Origin: Nitrospirota bacterium
GTDB lineage: Bacteria; CG2-30-53-67; CG2-30-70-394
Assembly (NCBI GenBank): GCA_050050395.1
Contig: JASFUG010000003.1
Location: 1-36,053, forward strand
Length of the DNA: 36,053 nt
Direction: 5' to 3'
Positions 34,343 through 36,053 of this stretch are shown piece after piece (the first letter of the stretch is position 1; the number at the start of each line of letters is the position of its first letter). A program made the position numbers and the translations under genes. Under the pieces are notes generated by a model. It was not told where the DNA came from. It searched no databases and saw only the letters and a program-made list of their open reading frames with translations.

Positions 34343-34896
34343 TACTTCCCGCCCGTCTCCGCTTTGGACCCTGCCAGGAGCGACTCGATCGTCTCCTCGA
34401 ACCGCGTGCGATCGCCGGGCCCGGGCCACCATGTCGTCAGCTTACCGCTGCTGTCGAAGAACAGCGATGCCGGCAGCTGCCCCTGCCACTTGCCCCCCAG
34501 GCCGGCGATGAATGCCTGGTCGTTCTGCGCCTTGATGAAGGTGGCGTAGTCGATCCCGTGCCGGTCCAGGAACTCCTGCACCGCGCCCAGCCGGCTCGCC
34601 GAGTCCGCCGACACCAGCAGCACCGTCAGCCCCCGGTCGCGGTACTTGCGCTCCAGCTCGACCACCAGGGGAAACTCCTCCAGGCACGGCTCGCACCACG
34701 TGGCCCATAGGTGGACCAACGCCACGGGCTTCCCGGCCTGGCGTGCCTGCGTCATCAGGCCTTGAGCCGTGACCGGGCTGACCATGGGGGCGGCCGCCTC
34801 GGCCTTGCCGGCGAGCGGAGAGGGAACGGTATAGAGTGCAGCCAGGAGCAGGATTCCGGCGGCTCGCCGCGCCATCCGGCGCACGTGTAGTGCCAT
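34342..34896 (-). CDS. TlpA/ResA-family thiol-disulfide oxidoreductase, exported
   Basis: HLWATWCEPC.EEFP, W.G.LP cis-Pro loop, N-terminal signal; start 34896 or 34875. Confidence 0.88.
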   Translation of the reverse strand: MALHVRRMARRAAGILLLAALYTVPSPLAGKAEAAAPMVSPVTAQGLMTQARQAGKPVALVHLWATWCEPCLEEFPLVVELERKYRDRGLTVLLVSADSASRLGAVQEFLDRHGIDYATFIKAQNDQAFIAGLGGKWQGQLPASLFFDSSGKLTTWWPGPGDRTRFEETIESLLAGSKAETGGK

Positions 34897-34993
34897 CGCA
34901 GAGCGATGCGTATGCGGCGTTGCTCCGGTGCGTCTCGTGGTGGCATTCGTCACGGCGGTCGGCTCGTCGGCTCGGAGGAGAGGTGGCGCAGGG

Positions 34994-35425
34994 CTACTCG
35001 ACGGGGCCTACGTTCCCACTCCCGACGTGCGGCGGCAAGGGGGCCAGGGTCCTCGCGGCCTCCCCCCAGTGGCGGCCGTCGAAGGGGGTCACGGAAATCT
35101 TGTCGATGGTGGAGCGGTCCAGGCAACGCACGTTGATGCTGTAACCATCGGGATGGGAGCGGGGCACGTAGAACGACTTGATACCACAGTGCTTGCAGAA
35201 CACGTGGTCGGCGGTACCGGTGTTGAAGCGGTAGCTGATCAGCGCCTCACGGCCGCGGAGGAGCCGAAACCGCGCGGCCGGGACGATCAGATGGAGATAG
35301 GCGGTCATGGAGCAGACCGAGCAGTTGCACTCCACCGCCTCGATTGCCGCCGGCGCCTCCACCTCGAATCGCACCGCGCCGCAATGGCAGCCGCCGCGGT
35401 GGGTCACTACCTTCGGATCGCTCAT
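34994..35425 (-). CDS. GFA / CENP-V family protein
   Basis: GGCHCGAVRF, CNCSVC, H.FCKHCG, PRSHPDG.S.NVRCLD, FDG..W. Confidence 0.93.
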   Translation of the reverse strand: MSDPKVVTHRGGCHCGAVRFEVEAPAAIEAVECNCSVCSMTAYLHLIVPAARFRLLRGREALISYRFNTGTADHVFCKHCGIKSFYVPRSHPDGYSINVRCLDRSTIDKISVTPFDGRHWGEAARTLAPLPPHVGSGNVGPVE

Positions 35426-35661
35426 GTCGTCATTCCCTATGGGCCGCGGCGCTTTCCCCCCGCCGCGATCTGGATCGCGCTTACCTCATCCTCGTGACCT
35501 GCGTCCGGACCCTGCGAGGTCCTGCATGGACCATGAGATCCAACGAGGTCCAGGCGGTTCGATCAAGATGACCCCGCACGATCACGTGTGGCGGGCGACT
35601 GTGTTAGATTCTCGCGCCCCGTGCCCGCGAGAGGCGCGGGACACCGCTTGCAGGAGTGTAC

Positions 35662-36053
35662 ATGTCCCCGGTGGCGATGACCGTCATTGTGCTGCTGCTG
35701 TACGTGGCGTTTTACCGCTTCTATGCGAAAGGGGTGCTCGCCAGGCGGGTGTTTGCCCTCGATGACGCGGCGGTGACCCCGGCGCACCGCCACCGGGACA
35801 ACGTCGACTACCTCCCGTCCAATCGCTACGTGCTGTTCGGCCACCACTACGCCTCGGTCGCCGGCCTGGCCCCCATGCTGGGGCCGGCGATCGCGGTGAT
35901 CTGGGGATGGGGGCCGGCCCTGTGCTGGGTGGTGCTGGGGACCCTCCTAGTGGGCGCGGTGCACGACTTCTCCGCCCTGGTGCTCTCCGTCCGACACGAC
36001 GGGCGCAGCGTCGGCACCATCGCCCGGGACGTCATCTCGCCCCGCACCCGGCT
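35662..36053 (+). CDS. cstA: Carbon starvation protein A family transporter (5' part, runs off the window)
   Basis: Translated by hand from ATG 35662 (AGGAG RBS): MSPVAMTVIVLLLYVAFYRFY...TPAH...D.VDY.P....VLFGHHYASVAGLAPMLGPAIA..WGWGPA..W...G....GAVHDF. Confidence 0.93.
   Translation, partial: MSPVAMTVIVLLLYVAFYRFYAKGVLARRVFALDDAAVTPAHRHRDNVDYLPSNRYVLFGHHYASVAGLAPMLGPAIAVIWGWGPALCWVVLGTLLVGAVHDFSALVLSVRHDGRSVGTIARDVISPRTR

Noticed and set aside
35510-35590. LytTR-type direct repeats upstream of cstA
   Set aside because: CGATC copies are 19 bp apart and CGAGGTCC copies 29 bp apart; neither fits the usual ~21-22 bp period

Overview
GC-rich (roughly 70% by eye) bacterial chromosomal window of about 30 protein genes, with no rRNA, tRNA, CRISPR array, integrase or transposase recognisable. 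Housekeeping content: large NAD-specific glutamate dehydrogenase, complete EF-P beta-lysylation set (epmB / efp / epmA) with a translationally coupled SDR, MaeB malic enzyme, ferredoxin-NADP reductase, ApaH-like phosphoesterase, D-2-hydroxyacid dehydrogenase, DUF1015, serine hydrolase, ClC-CBS-RCK_C transporter, pirin, two exported thioredoxin-fold proteins, GFA protein and the 5' part of cstA (absent from the ORF track). Most notable: (1) a secreted protein with a four-CxxCH cytochrome c head on a triplicated Cys/Asp-rich stalk and a C-terminal beta-rich domain; (2) an accessory pocket (about 5.0-6.9 kb) holding a DUF6883/DUF4926-like pair and a low-GC lipoprotein gene, packed with arms of a sequence-variable but architecture-conserved inverted-repeat family (three short units at 8-10 nt spacing) that recurs at 9.4, 20.9 and 32.8 kb; (3) GTAG-type REPs and a purine/pyrimidine hairpin repeat family; (4) a Ski2/HelY-like helicase with DEYA in place of DExH; (5) a near-complete sigma54 promoter architecture in front of an orphan priming sugar transferase; (6) a nearly uncharged Ala/Gly/His-rich exported protein. 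All family assignments come from motif recognition, not database searches.
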